A stretch of 64,000 bases of DNA, from positions 167,276,001-167,340,000 of the forward strand of contig OZ024743.1 of assembly GCA_964016885.1 (NCBI GenBank). The letters run 5' to 3'. The stretch's first letter is position 1. Every line of letters starts with the position of its first letter. A program made the position numbers and the translations under genes. The stretch is from Eledone cirrhosa (lineage: Eukaryota). Positions 37,786 to 58,778 of this stretch are shown piece by piece. Below the pieces are notes generated by a model that was not told the DNA's origin, made no database searches, and saw only the letters and a list, made by a program, of their open reading frames with translations.

Positions 37786-38080
37786 TGCTAGATGGAATCA
37801 ATAGAGTTCTCTATAGCGCTATTTCATGTTCAGTAAATCTAGTTTGGTGTGAGTTTCGTTGCACTTCTCTCTAGATATAGACAGGTATATTGTTTTATAT
37901 ACTATTTTTGCATCTACATTTGATTTCATAGAATGCTGAGACTATACTTCTGATGAGTGTTCACCGTCTCCCATATTTTAATCATAATCGATAGTTTGTG
38001 ATCGATAATTGATTATATTGATTGATTTTAAATTACAGTCTACTGAACATCAAATAGCGCTATTGATTCCGTCTAGAGTA
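37786..38080. repeat. Fold-back repeat with a degenerate hammerhead
   Basis: 37786-37835 is inverted relative to 38041-38077. Plus strand reads CTGATGA GTGTTCA...TGAACAT CAAA TAGCGCTA; the inverted arm retains GAAA. Confidence 0.55.
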
Positions 38081-38107
38081 CATATTTTTCTTTGAAATAT
38101 ATGTTAT

Positions 38108-38640
38108 TGTATATATATATAAAACTGAGGATGTATGTGTGTATGTCCGTACCCAAATAACTTCTACAGTTTGCAACCGATTTTCTTCAAATTTGAAACT
38201 AACATGCATTATGTTCCCAGGAGTGTTTTGGACTCGTAATATTTTCAAGTTTTTGTCTAATGCGGCCTCTAGATAAATATTGGTTGGTTGCACGAAACCT
38301 ACACACACACACATATACATCTAAAGAAAGAGGGGGAGAAGTAGCGTGAAATAGGCCGTTATACAGAGAGGTACAAGATATTCAGAGAGAGAGAGAGAGA
38401 CAATGGCGAAGAACTCTGGTTTACACACACTAACACACACACTGACACATATAATTATGAGACAGAGAGAGAGAGAGAGATCTGTGCATTCTTGATTGTT
38501 CTCCATTCTGTATAGAAAGAGAGAGGGTATGAGAAAAAATAGAGAGAGAGGAGTTGATTAAGAGAGTGATGGGGATTGAGAAGGGGATAAAATGACAGCA
38601 GCGTTTATTTACTTTTACTATTTAAATAACCTATGTCATG
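38108..38640 (+). mobile_element. Helitron-like 5' fragment
   Basis: TATATATAAAA followed by TGTGTGTATGTCCG and CAACCGATTTTCTTCAAATTTG, similar in layout to the 36920 element; no 3' CTAG end found. Confidence 0.45.
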
Positions 38641-38987
38641 TCCGTTTAACAAACTTATTTACATTATTCTTAAACTCCAGAGCTGAGAATCATTCGGTTA
38701 TTCCAAATAGAATATTAGTCTAAATGTCCCCGTTTACACCATAAACATGTTTTTGTCTTTGCAACAAATCGTTCTCATCGCTCAACATAACGGCGTAATT
38801 ATCCTCGTTTTTTTTCCGTTCATTGCCAGGAAACGTCTTCACGAACAAAAGTTTTGTCTTCCTGTCTTCCTTCGGTTGTAACAGTTTTCGAAATACTTAC
38901 TTCTGCATCCACAAATTGATTTTTTATAGTTTCAGAAGATCCCATTAAGGATGAAAGCAGCGATTCTTTGTTTAAACTTTAATCTGT

Positions 38988-43231
<4,244 letters not shown>

Positions 43232-44132
43232 ACACACAACACGACGGGACATCACACACTTGTGACTCACACACACACTACACATACACACACACTACAC
43301 ACATCACACACACTGACACACTACACATACTACACACACACACACATCACATCACATACACACACACATACACATCACACACACACATACACACACACCT
43401 ACACACACTACATACACTACACCACACACACTACTACATAACACACAGCACTACACAACACACATACACACACACACTCACACATTACATCACCACTACA
43501 CACACACTACACTACCACACACACAAGCACACACACACATACACACACACACAGACACACACGACACATACACACCACTCATGACACCACACACATACCA
43601 CACACACATACACACACACTACTACACTCACACATACACACACACACCAGACACACACACATCTACACACCACTATCACACTACACACACACACATACAC
43701 ACTACACACAGACACACACACATACACACCACACACACACACACACATACACACACACACACGACACACACTACACACACGACACTACACACTACACTCA
43801 GCTACTCCACACACACACACTCACTACACCACACATACTACCACACACACACTCACACTACACATACACACACACACACAACACACACAACACCCACACA
43901 CACTCCCACACACACACACCACACACACACACCCACACACTACACACACACACACTCACACCACGCACACACACACACACTCCACACACACACCCACACC
44001 ACACACACCACACTACACACACACATACCCACACACACACTACAGCATCACACACGTCACCACACACATACCCCCACACATACCACACAAACACTCCACA
44101 CACTACACGACAGACCCACACTTACAGCATTC
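43232..44132. repeat. Irregular (CA)n-rich tract next to the gap, possibly low-quality sequence
   Basis: Noisy CA repeat ending at the N run. Confidence 0.85.
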
Positions 44133-44332
44133 NNNNNNNNNNNNNNNNNNNNNNNNNNNNNNNNNNNNNNNNNNNNNNNNNNNNNNNNNNNNNNNNNNNN
44201 NNNNNNNNNNNNNNNNNNNNNNNNNNNNNNNNNNNNNNNNNNNNNNNNNNNNNNNNNNNNNNNNNNNNNNNNNNNNNNNNNNNNNNNNNNNNNNNNNNNN
44301 NNNNNNNNNNNNNNNNNNNNNNNNNNNNNNNN
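44133..44332. other. Assembly gap (200 N)
   Basis: N run. Confidence 1.
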
Positions 44333-45283
44333 GGGTTCTATAGAAATAGTGGACAGCTTCCGTTACCTGGGCGATAAAATCAGCAGTGGGGGAGGGTGCT
44401 CTGAAAGTACTGTAGCTAGAGTCAGAACTGGTTGGAAAAAGTTCAGAGAGCTTATACCACTATTAGCTGCTAAAGGGTTCTCCCTAAAAATGAAAGGCAG
44501 GTTGTACGATGCCTGCATACGAACAGCAATGTCGCATGGCAGTGAGACCTGGGCATTGTGTGCAGAGGATATACGAAGACTAGAGAGGAACGAAGCTTGC
44601 ATGCTCCGCTGGATGTGTAACAGTAATATACATGAACGGCAAAGCATAAACGAACTAAGGAAAAAATTAGAGATAAGAGGGATCAGATGTTGTTTACTCA
44701 AGAGAAGGCTACGTTGGTATGGACACGTGATGCGCATGAAAGTCGATAGCTGTATAACAAAGTGCAGGGCAATAAAGATAGACGGTAGCCACGGAATAGG
44801 CAGACCTAGAAAAACCTGGGATGAGCTGATAAACTCCGACCTCACACACTTACACCTCTCCAAGACAATGTCACTGGACCGAGACCTTTGGCGGTACTCA
44901 GTAACAGAGAAGACCCGCCTTGCCAGTAGGCATCTCTAACAAAATACACCCCCTCCCGCCACCACCCCCACCCCATCCACACCACCCCGTTCTATGTAAA
45001 GTTATGTTGGTGCCGCGCCATCGAGGCCGAAACAAATGAGATCGTGTAGGTGTCACGACAAAAAAACACACAGTCCACGCTGTAATGTGGCCGTGTAGGC
45101 AACACGGTAAAAACCTCCCAGACCCACACTGTAAATGTGGTTGGTGTTAGGAAGGGCATCCAACTGTAGAAAACCTGCCAGACAGTCCTATGCGAGCAAG
45201 ACAATCACTCTTGCCTCAAGTGGGACTACCCCCGTCCAAACCCATGCAAGCGTGGAACACGGACGTTAAACGTTGATGATGAT
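44333..45283 (+). mobile_element. RTE-PHD LINE 3' portion (5' part lost in the gap)
   Basis: [12 protein letters not shown]...GRPRKTWDEL; 3'UTR; (GAT)n then (TA)n. Confidence 0.93.
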
Positions 45284-45366
45284 GTATGTATATATATAGA
45301 TGTATGTATATATATAGATGTATGTATATATATATATAGATGTATGTATATATATATAGATGTATG

Positions 45367-45419
<53 letters not shown>

Positions 45420-45453
45420 GTATGTATATATATATATGTATGTATATATATGT

Positions 45454-45519
<66 letters not shown>

Positions 45520-45535
45520 GTATATATATATATGT

Positions 45536-45575
<40 letters not shown>

Positions 45576-45620
45576 GTATATATATGTACGTATATGTATG
45601 TATATATATGTATATATATA

Positions 45621-48507
45621 TCATCATCACCGTTTTACGTCCGTTCTTCCACGCTAGCATGGGTTAGACGGGTTGTCCTGTTGTGGGCAGTGTCTGGTCG
45701 GCTGACCATGCCTTGCTCATACAGGAACTGATCTGGCTTGATTTCTACAGCTGGATGCCCTTCCTAACACCAACCTCATTTACAGTGAGTGCTGGGTGCT
45801 TTTTCGTGGCGCCTACACGTCCACTTTACAGTGTGGGCTGGGTGCTTTTTTGCCGTGGCACCTCCACGACCACCTTGCGGTGGGGGGGGGGGCATATTGT
45901 TTATATGCTTCAGCATGTACCCATGGGAGGTCGGGTACCCTGTATTACTGCGTGACGCCAGAAGTCACGGTCGTGTGTCATTGACTTTGAGAGGTGTAGT
46001 TGGGTAAGGTCGGCTCTTATCACCTCATCCCAAGTCATCTTGGGTCTCCCCACTCCGCGGTTTCCATCAACTTCTAGTGCTCTGCACCTTTGTATGCAGC
46101 TGTCATCCTTCATACGCATCACATGTCCATACCAGCGTAACCGCCTCTCCTGCACGCAGCATTTGATTCCTCTTATGCTCAGTCTCTCTCTCAATTCATT
46201 TATGCTTTGTCGTTCACGTATATTACTGTTACACATCCATCGGAGCATGCAGGCTTCGTTTCTCTCTAATCTACGTAAGTCTTCCACCTTCAGCGCCCAG
46301 GTCTCACTACCATGCAACATCGCTGTTCGGATACACGCATCATACAGTCTGCCTTTCATTCTGAGGGAGAAGCCTTTTGCAGCTAGCAGTGGTAGTAGTT
46401 CCCTAAACTTCTTCCATCCCGTTCTTACCCTAGTTATTGTACTTTCTGAGCACCCACCTCCGTTGCTAATTCGGTCACCTAGGTAGCAGAAGCTGTCTAC
46501 TGTTTCTACAGGGCCCTCCCAGAGATTGGTGGTACTTGTTTCCTGTGGCTGTTTGCTTGCTGTTTCAGCACAGCTGCTGCATGTGAATCCTACATTCTTA
46601 ATTAAGCTTCCTGAGATCCCGCTACATCTCTTGTGTACCCATTGTTTGCATTTGGGGCAAAGAATGGAGTTCCTACCTACACCTTTCCTACATACTGAGC
46701 AAGGCCATTTCCCTGAGGGGATCTGGGTTCTGTTTTCTCGTCTACTTATAAGGACCTTAGTCTTTGTCATGTTGACTTTGAGGCCCTTTCTCTCTAGTCC
46801 CTGCTTCCAGGTTTGGAATTTATTCTCTAGTTCTACCATAGATTCAGCTATGAGTGCGAGGTCATCAGCATACAGGAGTTCCCATGGGCATCCGGTCTTA
46901 AACTCCTCCGTTATTGCCTGCAGGACTATGATGAACAGGAGAGGGCTAAGAACAGAGCCCTGGTGGACCCCAACCTGTACGCTAAATTCCTCGCTATACT
47001 CATTGCCAATCCTAACTTTGCTGACTGCTCCCCTATACATGGCTTGTACCGCTTTCACAAGCCATTCATCTACTCCTAGTTTTCTAAGAGCCCACCAGAT
47101 TACTGCACGTGGAACTCTGTCAAAGGCTTTCTCAAGGTCGACAAATGCCAAGTAGAGTGGCTTACTTTTAGCTAGGTACTTTTCCTGTAATTGCCTCACA
47201 AGGAAGAGCGCATCAGTGGTGCCTTTCCCTGGAACAAACCCAAATTGCATCTCGTCTATATTCACCCGGTCCCTAATCAGCTGTGCTATAACTCTTTCTG
47301 TTACTTTCATGACCTGGTCCATCAACTTTATACCTCTATAGTTTCCTCTATCTAGTGCATCGCCTTTACCTTTGTAGCAGTTGACAATGATGCTACTGCA
47401 CCAATCTTTTGGTATGGCCCCCTCTAGTATTACCTGGTTAACGATACGTGTGGTTATAGTGTGACCTACAGACCCAGATGCCTTCAGCATCTCGGCAGCT
47501 ATACCCGATGGACCGGTTGCCTTCCCTATCTTCATATCTCTGATTGCCTTACTTACTACGCTGCTGCTGACTTGTACTGCTGGTCCCTCTATAGGGTCTA
47601 CGTGGGGTAGGGTCTCTTCTTCCCATGCATTCTCCTCATTTAGTAATCTATCATAATGACTCTTCCATGCATCTTTCTTCTCAGCACTTGTGAGGGCAAG
47701 CTCACCTTTATCATTCCGGATACACTTCTCTCCAATGACATCACAACTATCTCTGACACACTGCCTCGCAATCTTGAATACCTCCTGTTTCTGGTCCTCA
47801 CGTTGTAAAACATGCTTGAATTTTCTATCCTCTGCTTCCCTCCTAGCTAAGTATACTTGTCGCCTAGCTTCCCTCTTGGTCTCTATGTAATGTACCCTGC
47901 TCCCCCCGTTCTTCCATTCTTTCCATGCCTGTCTCTTGGCCTTGACTGCTTCATCTACCTTATTGTTCCACCACCAAGTCACTCTCCTCCTGCTTGAGGT
48001 CTTACTCCAGCCACAAACCTCATCCGTCGCCTCTAGTAAGTTATTTTTTAGGAACTCCCAGTTCTCTTCTACGTTAAATGTCTCTATCTGTTCTTCTTTA
48101 CTGTCGTAGGCGTTGAGTAAAATATCTTTAAATCTGTTACTGGTTGAGGGGACTTTCAGCTTCCAGATCTTTCTTCTCCAGGTTGGCCTCTGTTTCAGGG
48201 CTCGTCTAGTTCTGACCGTGAGGTCGCTGACAACTAAGCTATGTTGGGATGTACATTCCTCACTAGGGAAGGCTTTTGTGTTTACGACCGTCCATCTGTC
48301 ACGTCCTCTGATGAGAATAAAATCTAACTGACTAGAGTGCTCCCCTGATCTATAGGTGATCAGGTGGTTGTCGGGTTTTTTAAAGTTTGTGTTACATATC
48401 GACATGTCATTGGCGTCACAGAATTCTAGAAGTCTGAATCCTTCCTCATTCCTTGTGCCAACTCCATGGCCTCCATGTACTCTATTGAAGCCGTCGCAGT
48501 GTTTACC
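45621..48507 (-). mobile_element. Near-intact RTE-PHD LINE, 5'-truncated within the APE domain, flanked by TA arrays
   Basis: Uninterrupted ORF plus 3'UTR and (GAT)n tail. Confidence 0.96.
45910..48405 (-). CDS. RTE ORF: C-terminal APE endonuclease, reverse transcriptase with internal PHD finger (frame appears open back to ~48507)
   Basis: TYRSG..SQLDFIL, SQHSLVV (APE end); [37 protein letters not shown]4HC3 finger, [17 protein letters not shown]. Confidence 0.93.
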   Translation of the reverse strand: MSICNTNFKKPDNHLITYRSGEHSSQLDFILIRGRDRWTVVNTKAFPSEECTSQHSLVVSDLTVRTRRALKQRPTWRRKIWKLKVPSTSNRFKDILLNAYDSKEEQIETFNVEENWEFLKNNLLEATDEVCGWSKTSSRRRVTWWWNNKVDEAVKAKRQAWKEWKNGGSRVHYIETKREARRQVYLARREAEDRKFKHVLQREDQKQEVFKIARQCVRDSCDVIGEKCIRNDKGELALTSAEKKDAWKSHYDRLLNEENAWEEETLPHVDPIEGPAVQVSSSVVSKAIRDMKIGKATGPSGIAAEMLKASGSVGHTITTRIVNQVILEGAIPKDWCSSIIVNCYKGKGDALDRGNYRGIKLMDQVMKVTERVIAQLIRDRVNIDEMQFGFVPGKGTTDALFLVRQLQEKYLAKSKPLYLAFVDLEKAFDRVPRAVIWWALRKLGVDEWLVKAVQAMYRGAVSKVRIGNEYSEEFSVQVGVHQGSVLSPLLFIIVLQAITEEFKTGCPWELLYADDLALIAESMVELENKFQTWKQGLERKGLKVNMTKTKVLISRRENRTQIPSGKWPCSVCRKGVGRNSILCPKCKQWVHKRCSGISGSLIKNVGFTCSSCAETASKQPQETSTTNLWEGPVETVDSFCYLGDRISNGGGCSESTITRVRTGWKKFRELLPLLAAKGFSLRMKGRLYDACIRTAMLHGSETWALKVEDLRRLERNEACMLRWMCNSNIRERQSINELRERLSIRGIKCCVQERRLRWYGHVMRMKDDSCIQRCRALEVDGNRGVGRPKMTWDEVIRADLTQLHLSKSMTHDRDFWRHAVIQGTRPPMGTC

Positions 48508-50396
<1,889 letters not shown>

Positions 50397-51935
50397 ATAC
50401 AAGTTAATATAAATTAATATATGATAAACACTAATACAATCATACAAGTGTTTGTATTGCAAATGACCAAGTTAGCTAGATTGAAAAATACTAATTAGTA
50501 TTTTTCAATCTAGCTAACTTGGTCATTTGCAATACAAACACTTGAATGATTGTATTATTGTTTATCATATATTAATTTATATTAACTTGTATTTCAAGGC
50601 TCAGAAATACTTCTTTCTTTGAGCTAATTAATTGTAAAAGCCTGTTTGAGTTTATAACTCTATATATAGTATTAACGGCTCCTTTTGTTGAGCTAAATTT
50701 TAGTCCCTTAAAAACGGCTGTTATTTCTAGCAGCGCGAGTATGGGGATAGCTAGGAGCTGAAAAACCATGTGCGTTAACACTTGACTATCAGTCCTCCTA
50801 AATATTTCGAGGTGAAACATACCAATTTTCTGGATACCTGCTGATGAATACAGAAAATTGAATTTTTCACTTTTTCACTTATCGTTACAAAAATTATTTG
50901 GGTTTTGAAATTTAAACTTATCTACAGAGCAGGTTTGGATTTTGAAATTTAAATTTGTCCAGGTATCACGGCTATTGCCAATATGGGTTTGTTTTTATTG
51001 ATTTATTATTTTAAATCGACACAGGCAAACTGTATTAATCTAATTAGTATTTTTCAATCTAGCTAACTTGGTCATTTGCAATACAAACACTTATATGATT
51101 GTATTAGTGTTTATCATATACTAGCATTAAAGCCCGGCATTGCTCGGGGTCATTAAGTTACCAAAGTTAGGTTGCACCACCAATTTTATGGCAGCATTTT
51201 TTTTGTCTGCCAGGCACTGGGTGAATGAATTGCAGACCTGGAAGCATGAGCTGCGCCAGCAGTGACAATTGTAGTTTCGCCTATGGATATTATCTCTGTG
51301 CAAAAAAGTGTTGAAATTTATTGTTTCACAGTACTTGCGCAAGACGCGCGTAGACGATGCCAGCCGAACAACAGAGCTGCGATGAGGTTGTTCTGTATGG
51401 TTGTCTGTGTGTTTTCTAAATTTAAGACAGTAGGGAGGGTTGTGATATGAGGGAGAGTTAGCTGTTGTTTCTAGCAGGTTTAGTAACCTCATAGAGGATA
51501 TGTGTTTTCTAAATTTAAGACAGTAGGGAGTGGTGTGAATGGACAGTATCACCATAAGCTTGGAAAGAGAAAGTAGCAGAAAGTATGAAGTTGTATAGAT
51601 TTTGAATGGTAGTAGAAAGAGTTCAGCAGTTTAAATGAGAGAGAAAAATCGTAAAATATTGAGTTTTATCTATTTTTTGCGTAATTGTGGGTGAAATTGA
51701 AAAAATTATCTGCGTCAAGACGCAATCAAAGCTCTTTGGTTTACTGATTTGTAAATATCAATTGAAGAAATTCTATATCGTAGATTTCTATAACGAAGGA
51801 GCATGACCACGCACTGAGCTTTATAGATTATGATTAATTTATATTAACTTGTATTTCACGGCTCAGAAATACTTCTTTCTTTGAGCTAATTAATTGTAAA
51901 AGACTGTTTGAGTTTATAACTCTATATATAGTATA
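50397..51935 (+). mobile_element. Non-coding PLE-type element: inverted pLTR arm, ~550-bp unit and partial tandem copy, interrupted by a Helitron
   Basis: Spacer-less palindrome 50397-50592. 50491-50670 is repeated at 51040-51120 plus 51834-51932. Degenerate hammerhead at 50833-50967. Confidence 0.75.
51121..51833 (-). mobile_element. Non-autonomous Helitron, clean A|T insertion
   Basis: Minus strand reads A|TC...hairpin (CCCGAGCAATGCCGGG)...CTAG|T. The empty site TCATATA/TTAATTT is visible in the sister repeat at ~50565-50578; no TSD. Confidence 0.88.
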
Positions 51936-51953
51936 TGCATATATATATATATA

Positions 51954-53301
51954 TCATCATCATCATCATCAACGTTTAGCGTCCGTGTTCCACGCTTGCA
52001 TGGGTTTGGACGGGGGTTTTCCCACTTGAGGCAAGAGTGATTGTCTTGCTCGCATAGGACTGTCTGACAGGTTTTCTACAGTTGGATGCCCTTCCTAACA
52101 CCAACCACATTTACAGTGTGGGTCTGGGAGGTTTTTACCGTGTTGCCTACACGGCCACATTACAGCGTGGACTGTGTGTTTTTTTTGTCGTGACACCTAC
52201 ACGATCTCATTTGTTTCGGCCTGGATGGTGTGGCACCAACATAACTTTACATAGAAGCGGGTGGTGTGGATGGGGTGGGGGTGGTGGGACGGGGGTGTAT
52301 TTTGTTAGAGATGCCTACTGACTGTAGTAGGTTTTACTATGTATTTAGGTAAGGCGGGTCTTCTCTAATTACTGAGTACTGCCAAAGGTCTCGGTCCAGT
52401 GACATTGTCTTGGAGAGGTGTAAGTGTGTGAGGTCGGAGTTTATCAGCTCGTCCCAGGTTTTTCTGGGTCTGCCTATTCCGTGGCTACCGTCTATCTTTA
52501 TTGCCCTGCACTTTGTTATACAGCTATCGTCTTTCATGCGCATCACGTGTCCATACCAATGTAGCCTTCTCTCGAGTAAACAACATCTGATCCCTCTTAT
52601 TTCTAATTATTTCCTTAGTTCGTTTATGCTTTGCCGTTTACGTATATTACTATTACACATCCAGCGGAGCATGCAAGCTTCGTTCCTCTCTAGTCTGCGT
52701 ATATCCTATGCACACAATGCCCAGGTCTCACTGCCATGCAACATTGCTGTTCGTATGCAGGCATCATACAACCTGCCTTTCATTTTTAGGGAGAACCCTT
52801 TAGCGGCTAATAGTGGTATAAGCTCTCTGAACTTTTTTCCATCCAGTTCTGACTCTAGCTACTGTACTTTCAGAGCACCCTCCCCCACTGCTGATTTTGT
52901 CACCCAGGTAACGGAAGCTGTCCACTATTTCTATAGAGCCCTCTGCGCAGTTGAAAGAGCTAGTATTTTGTGGGCACTTGCTGCTACTTATTGCACCAGA
53001 GCACCGGCCAAATGTAAAATCTATGTTCTTAGTTAGCTTATCTGTGATGCCACTACATCTTTTATGCACCCATACTTTGCATTTGGGACACAAAATGGAG
53101 TTTCTACCTACGCCTTTCCTACACACTGAGCATGGCCACTTCCCGGAAGGGACCGCCGCCTTATTTTCTTTCCTACAAACTAGAACTTTGGTCTTAGCCA
53201 GGTTAATTTTAAGGCCTTTTGATTCTAGGGCGTGCTTCCATGTTTGGAATTTCTTCTCTAGCTCGGCCATTGATTCAGCTATGAGTGTTAGGTCATCTGC
53301 A
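51954..53301 (-). mobile_element. RTE-PHD LINE, 5'-truncated at YADD
   Basis: [11 protein letters not shown]..., PHD, FRYLG, 3'UTR, (GAT)n; both ends abut TA tracts. Confidence 0.94.
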
Positions 53302-55391
<2,090 letters not shown>

Positions 55392-55392
55392 T

Positions 55393-57080
55393 GGATTTAA
55401 GACCTATAGGAGCCCCCCGCATAATAGCCTGTTGGACAACATCGAAAGTGAGCTATTATCCCTTGTTAGGAATATTAGATATAAAAAATCTAGATGTACC
55501 AATAAATTTCAGAGTAAACTAAGTTCAATCGTTAGGGACTTTAGGGATAATAAATCCATTCTGGTCCCCTCTGACAAAACTAAAAACTTATATAGTATGG
55601 ATTATAAAACCTATCGAGGCTTCATTTATAATGAACTACATAGGAACTACAAAAAAACAACGCAGAGTAATTTAGATAATATTAATCTGGAGGGGTATAA
55701 CATAGTGGTAAAACTAGGTCTGGATAAACACACTCAGCCTTATTACCCCAAGCAGCCTAGATTCACCCTCAAGGACCACAAGGAAGATTTTATTAGCAGA
55801 CCCTCAGTTAGGCTTATCTGCCCCTCCAAGTCTGACCTGGGGATTATTAGTAAGGGAATCTTGGATAGCGTTATTCCCCTGGTTAGAGAAAAAACTTTCC
55901 TTGAGCTTTGGGGTAACACTAGTGAGGTCATTACGTGGTTCTCTACGGAATGTGGTCGTGACTCACTAAAATTCATCCAATTTGATATTGATGCTTATTA
56001 TACATCTATATCTCCTATTATCCTCAATAAGGCCCTCATCCTAGCCATGCGGAGGGGGGCAATTACTAGGCCACAGATAGATATTGTTCTCGCTGCACGT
56101 AAAACCATTATCATGTTTGAGGATAATCTATGGACGAGAAAAAACACACCTGATAATTTTGACATTACTATGGGGTCGAGTGACTCTGCTCAAGTCACCG
56201 ACTTAGTTGGGCTATACCTCCTCAATGAACTGCATAGTAACTTCCCTTTCCTTAGGGGCGGGTTGTACCGGGATGACGCCCTACTCTCCATAGATACTAG
56301 TAAGTATAATATAGTGCGCATTAGGAAAAAGCTGCATAGTTTTTTTAAAACATTTAACCTATCCATTACTATGGATATAAATGATAGAACTGTGAACTTC
56401 CTGGATGTTACACTGGACTTGGATAACCATACGTACACACCGTACCATAAGCCTAATGAATTGCTGACTTATGTGAATACCAACTCCAACCACCCTAGGT
56501 CGGTCATCAGCGGTATACTGAAGGGCGTATCTAACAGAATAAGTTCACTCTCACATAGTGAGGAGGCGTTTGACTCGCAGGCTGATTACTATAATGACGC
56601 CTTAGCTAGATCCGGCTTTAGGGACAAATTGTATTACACCCAGGGAAATAATGGTCCTAATAGTAGCTCTACCAGTGTTGTTATAACACATAATATGTCC
56701 ATTGGTAATCGAGGTGTCGCGAATGGGAGGGTTCTAAATGCCGGTGGAATGAAGCAGCAGGGCACCATTAGTCTAAGTAATAGCAATAGAGGTGTCGTGA
56801 ATGGGAGGTTTCTAGATGCCGGTGGAATGAACCAGCAGGGCACCATTAGTCTAAGTAATAGCAATGGTAGGCCTCGCAGTTCCCCGCATAGACTAGGTGA
56901 GCATAGGAACCGTAGAAATAATAATGCTAATAATACTGATGGAAATAGAAAGAATAAAAAGAATAGAAGAAGATTGAATACATACTTCAACCCCCCTTTT
57001 AATTCTGAAGTGGCTATAAATATTCCTAGGGCCTTCTTCTCTGTGTTAGAAAGGAACTTCCCTCCTGGTAATAGGTACCA
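55393..57080 (+). mobile_element. Penelope-like element ORF, open through the whole RT, truncated before GIY-YIG
   Basis: [78 protein letters not shown]; breaks after NRY. Confidence 0.93.
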
Positions 57081-57144
57081 GACAGGAAAAAGCATATAAC
57101 GATATGTGCTTTTACAATTCTCCAGAGAAGCCGGAAGATGGGTA

Positions 57145-57189
57145 AATATTGCTGATGAGATGTAATAACATCGAAACTAGTCCAATATT
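57145..57189 (+). ncRNA. Type-I hammerhead ribozyme, copy 1
   Basis: AATATTG CTGATGA GATGT AATA ACATC GAAA CTAG TC CAATATT; predicted cleavage after 57182. Confidence 0.92.
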
Positions 57190-57613
57190 CCTGTCTGGCC
57201 CTCTGGAGAATAGAGGAAATGTGTTTCCTTGAAAACCCGTATGACTCTAAAACCCGGTCCGTCTGTGTGGTTACATACAGACTAGCTGACACTCACTGTA
57301 AAGTGTCTAGTGAAAAGCTGAGTACATGTACATATGTATACATGTGTGTATTTATATGCATACTAATACTTCCGTATACATATGTAGATGTACACTTTAA
57401 CTTAATTGTTTAAGCGTCAGTCATACAAAAGTGAGTTAGAAGCGAAACGAAATTTAATTTCGTTTCGTTATTTGTTTTTATCGTTTCCGCTGAACCGGTG
57501 CGTACAATGACTCGCGTTCTATGCAAATTAGTCTACCCACTACTAATTTTCATAGAAAAAGCATATAACGATATGTGCTTTTACAATTCTCCAGAGAAGC
57601 CAGAAGATGGGTA

Positions 57614-57658
57614 AATATTGCTGATGAGATGTAATAACATCGAAACTAGTCCAATATT
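57614..57658 (+). ncRNA. Type-I hammerhead ribozyme, copy 2
   Basis: Identical motif 469 bp downstream; predicted cleavage after 57651. Confidence 0.92.
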
Positions 57659-57873
57659 CCTGTCTGGCCCTCTGCAGAATAGAGGAAATGTGTTTCCTTG
57701 AAAACCCGTATGACTCTAAAACCCGGTCCGTCTGTGTGGTTACATACAGACTAGCTGACACTCACTGTAAAGTGTCTAGTGAAAAGCTGAGTACATGTAC
57801 ATATGTATACATGTGTGTATTTATATGCATACTAATACTTCCGTATACATATGTAGATGTACACTTTAACTTA

Positions 57874-57878
<5 letters not shown>

Positions 57879-57923
<45 letters not shown>

Positions 57924-58051
57924 TATATCTATATCTATATATGTATATATATATATGTATATATATATGTATATATATATGTATATATATATATATCTAT
58001 ATCTATATATGTATATATATATCTATATCTATATATGTATATATATATATG

Positions 58052-58082
<31 letters not shown>

Positions 58083-58129
58083 GTATATGTATATATATGT
58101 ATATATATGTATATATATGTATATATATG

Positions 58130-58166
<37 letters not shown>

Positions 58167-58235
58167 CTATATCTATATATATATGTATATATATCTATAT
58201 CTATATATATATGTATATATATATATATCTATATC

Positions 58236-58272
<37 letters not shown>

Positions 58273-58273
58273 C

Positions 58274-58304
<31 letters not shown>

Positions 58305-58342
58305 GTATGTATATGTATATATATGTATATATATATATATGT

Positions 58343-58374
<32 letters not shown>

Positions 58375-58675
58375 GTATATATATGTATATATATGTATAT
58401 ATATGTATATATATATGTATATATATATGTATATATATGTATATGTATATATATGTATATATATGTATATGTATATATATGTATATGTATATATATGTAT
58501 ATATATGTATATGTATATATATGTATATGTATGTATATGTATATATATGTATATATATGTATATGTATATATATGTATATGTATATATATGTATATATAT
58601 GTATATATATATATATATGAATATATGTATGTATATATATATATATATGAATATATGTATATATATATATATGAA

Positions 58676-58706
<31 letters not shown>

Positions 58707-58737
58707 GAATATATGTATATATATATATATGTATATA

Positions 58738-58778
<41 letters not shown>

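Larger units (their letters stand above)
57086..57878 (+). repeat. Partial tandem of a 469-bp hammerhead-bearing unit (pLTR/retrozyme-like)
   Basis: 57086-57409 is nearly identical to 57555-57878. Confidence 0.93.

Noticed and set aside
38700-38985. Tc1/mariner transposase relic on the minus strand (EVSISKTV..., MLSDE)
   Set aside because: Only short motif resemblance, with stops and no TIRs; cannot be supported without a profile search.
43581-44939. His/Thr-rich protein fused to an RT tail
   Set aside because: CA repeat read through an N gap into a LINE fragment.
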